A DNA stretch of 64,000 nucleotides, taken from Saccostrea cucullata (Eukaryota). Where the stretch lies: contig NW_026931985.1 of assembly GCF_032062105.1 (NCBI RefSeq), positions 310,001 to 374,000 on the forward strand, in the 5' to 3' direction. Of this stretch, positions 62,283 to 64,000 are shown one piece after another (within the stretch, counting starts at the first letter, position 1; each line of letters starts with the position of its first letter). Both the position numbers and the translations under genes were made by a program. The notes under the pieces were generated by a model, which saw nothing but the letters and a program-made list of their open reading frames with translations, was not told the DNA's origin and did not search any database.

Positions 62283-63159
62283 GTTTAATTTCTATATACC
62301 AAGTAACCAAACAAAAATACTCGGTTCTCTACTATATTAAATCTTACTGTACCTAACAGAGTGCACACAGAACTCTGTACCTGGTATCTGAACCAAGTAA
62401 CAGAACTGCGTTCACGAGAACCCGGTGACAGAACACAGTTCACCCCGTTAAATAAACTTACATCAACAGATTCTAATAATTAAATGTACCCTATATCCCA
62501 CCGCTGCCACCAAAATGTAACGGGTAACCAAATTTAGGGTCCGTTTTCAGGAGATACAGGGTCCAATATATATAAACTTTTCCTCTGGCTCTATCTGAGC
62601 CTATAATTAATATGGGGAATCAATATTATATACAAAAATAATTGTTATTCGTCATTTATAGGGGATGCTTGTCCTTTTTTTAATTTAAACAGCGGGATAC
62701 GATTAGAGGTCCTTTGTAACCGGGTACTATGACTGGGCTCCTTGCACCTGGTTCCGTAACCAAGTTCCTATTAAACTGAGCACTCGGTGCCTCACCCTTA
62801 CTCAGGATTACTACACCTTGTGCTTCAATTCAATTCCTTGGCTAAATACAGACCGGTGCTCTGTACCCTAGCCTTACTTATCCTTCTTTTACCCTTTAAA
62901 TACTTCTTGATTTTATTACTACCTATAATCTTCTATTCAGCTTCTTGCTTCTTCTGTGGGTTTCCGAGAGAGAGATCGAGCGAGACTGCCTCTGCAGTCG
63001 TTTATATAGCCAAGGGCTATACCATTCAAACAGGGGTGAACAGGCTCCTGGACTGTTCCATTTGTCCAGATCACACAAGCGTTTGAATGGTATAGGCCCA
63101 TTGCCTTATTCATTACTCATTACAGTACTGACAGGAAAAATCAGCAGTATCATATATTA

Positions 63160-63821
63160 TTTTATCCTCCGCATGAAAAGCGGGAGGGTATATAGTGGTT
63201 AGGGTATCCATCTGTTATCCGCAACTCCTCTTATATATAAAAAGATGTATTTGTAAAACAGCTATGCCCTTGTCCGGCAATATAGCGAAGATTAAACCTT
63301 TCTTAAAGGCAATTTAAATACAATGGAACCAAAAGTAGGGTCTTCTCACAAGAAGTACAATTGCAAAATAGGAAAGCCCTATCACTACTTGTTCAAAATT
63401 AATGGCTAAGGATAAGTGTTTGAAAGGTTGATCAAACTCAAAGGTCAAAGGTTCAAAGTTGATGGTTTCTTAAGAAAGGTTTAATGTAACAAGGATTACA
63501 TTTGTGAAGTATAAGAGTACTGGTATCTACCATCTAAAAGTTATAGCCAAAGTAAATTAATTAAAAATTTGGCATTTTTGTGTAAAATGGCACAAACTCC
63601 AAGGTAAAGGTCAAAAGGTCAAATTTGGTGGTACCCAAAGTAAGGTCTTGTCACAAGGAATGTACACATATTAAATATGAAAGACATAGCTACAATAAAT
63701 GAAAAGTTATGGTAAAGGTTAAAGATTTTGCGGAGAAACAGACCGCCAGATAGACAGACATACAGACGGACACAATAAAACTATATATACCCCCGAATCT
63801 TCGATTACAGGGACATAAAAA
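63160..63821. mobile_element. HINE-like fragments
   Basis: Hairpin CTCCGC-ATGAAAA-GCGGGAG at ~63166, GGTCAAAGG repeats, CAGA microsatellite and an end hairpin at ~63790-63815. Confidence 0.6.
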
Positions 63822-64000
63822 GAAATGGTCTTCAATTTTCATATTATGATGCAGTATAAAGAAGAGGTTACAAAAATGAAAATGTTTGTTCTGATCTCTG
63901 AAAAATATACTCAGAACTGGGTAAAATCGTGGAGTAAAACAAGAATTAAGAAATGTAATGAATACTGTGTGCTAAATCAAAAGGTTATGTGTACATGTAT

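Larger units (their letters stand above)
59293..63124 (-). mobile_element. Ty3/Gypsy-like non-autonomous LTR retrotransposon
   Basis: TG..CA LTRs at 59293-59897 and 62516-63124 differ by about 8 substitutions and a 4-bp indel. TSD GTAC; PBS TGGTGGCAGCGGTGGGAT (~62495-62512, tRNA-Leu type); PPT AGAGGCGTGGGTAG (59898-59911). Confidence 0.96.

Noticed and set aside
59564-63202. Duplicated plus-strand ORFs (MPHPYSGLL.., ..RDCLCSRLYSQG..)
   Set aside because: They lie within the two LTR copies and have no recognisable domain.

Overview
AT-rich, intron-containing animal genomic DNA, most likely an oyster-type bivalve (inferred from Helentron/HINE elements carrying a ~166-bp satellite, a Deu/Nin-type SINE and an intronless Mab-21/cGLR gene). 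Gene order: 3' half of PSMD1/Rpn2 (+, with one garbled or duplicated exon), complete DDX56 (-, 17 exons) head-to-head with complete DHX15/Prp43 (+, 13 exons), an orphan 145-aa gene candidate (-), an intronless 756-aa cGAS-like receptor (+), a p24-alpha TMED4/9 gene (+) and the 5' part of a C-type lectin gene (+). The lectin intron holds a minisatellite-filled MITE and a young LTR element with Gag, protease and a C2H2 finger but no RT or integrase. The most notable observations are: (1) duplicated 116-nt GOLD-domain exons in TMED4/9 that look mutually exclusive, with candidate competing RNA pairings; (2) a structured DHX15 intron in which an 11-bp stem covers a candidate 5-nt poison microexon; (3) the apparently catalytically intact cGLR, which may share a divergent promoter with the orphan gene; (4) the Gag-PR-ZnF non-autonomous LTR element; (5) minisatellites seeded from splice junctions. 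Exon coordinates were read by eye and should be confirmed with RNA-seq.
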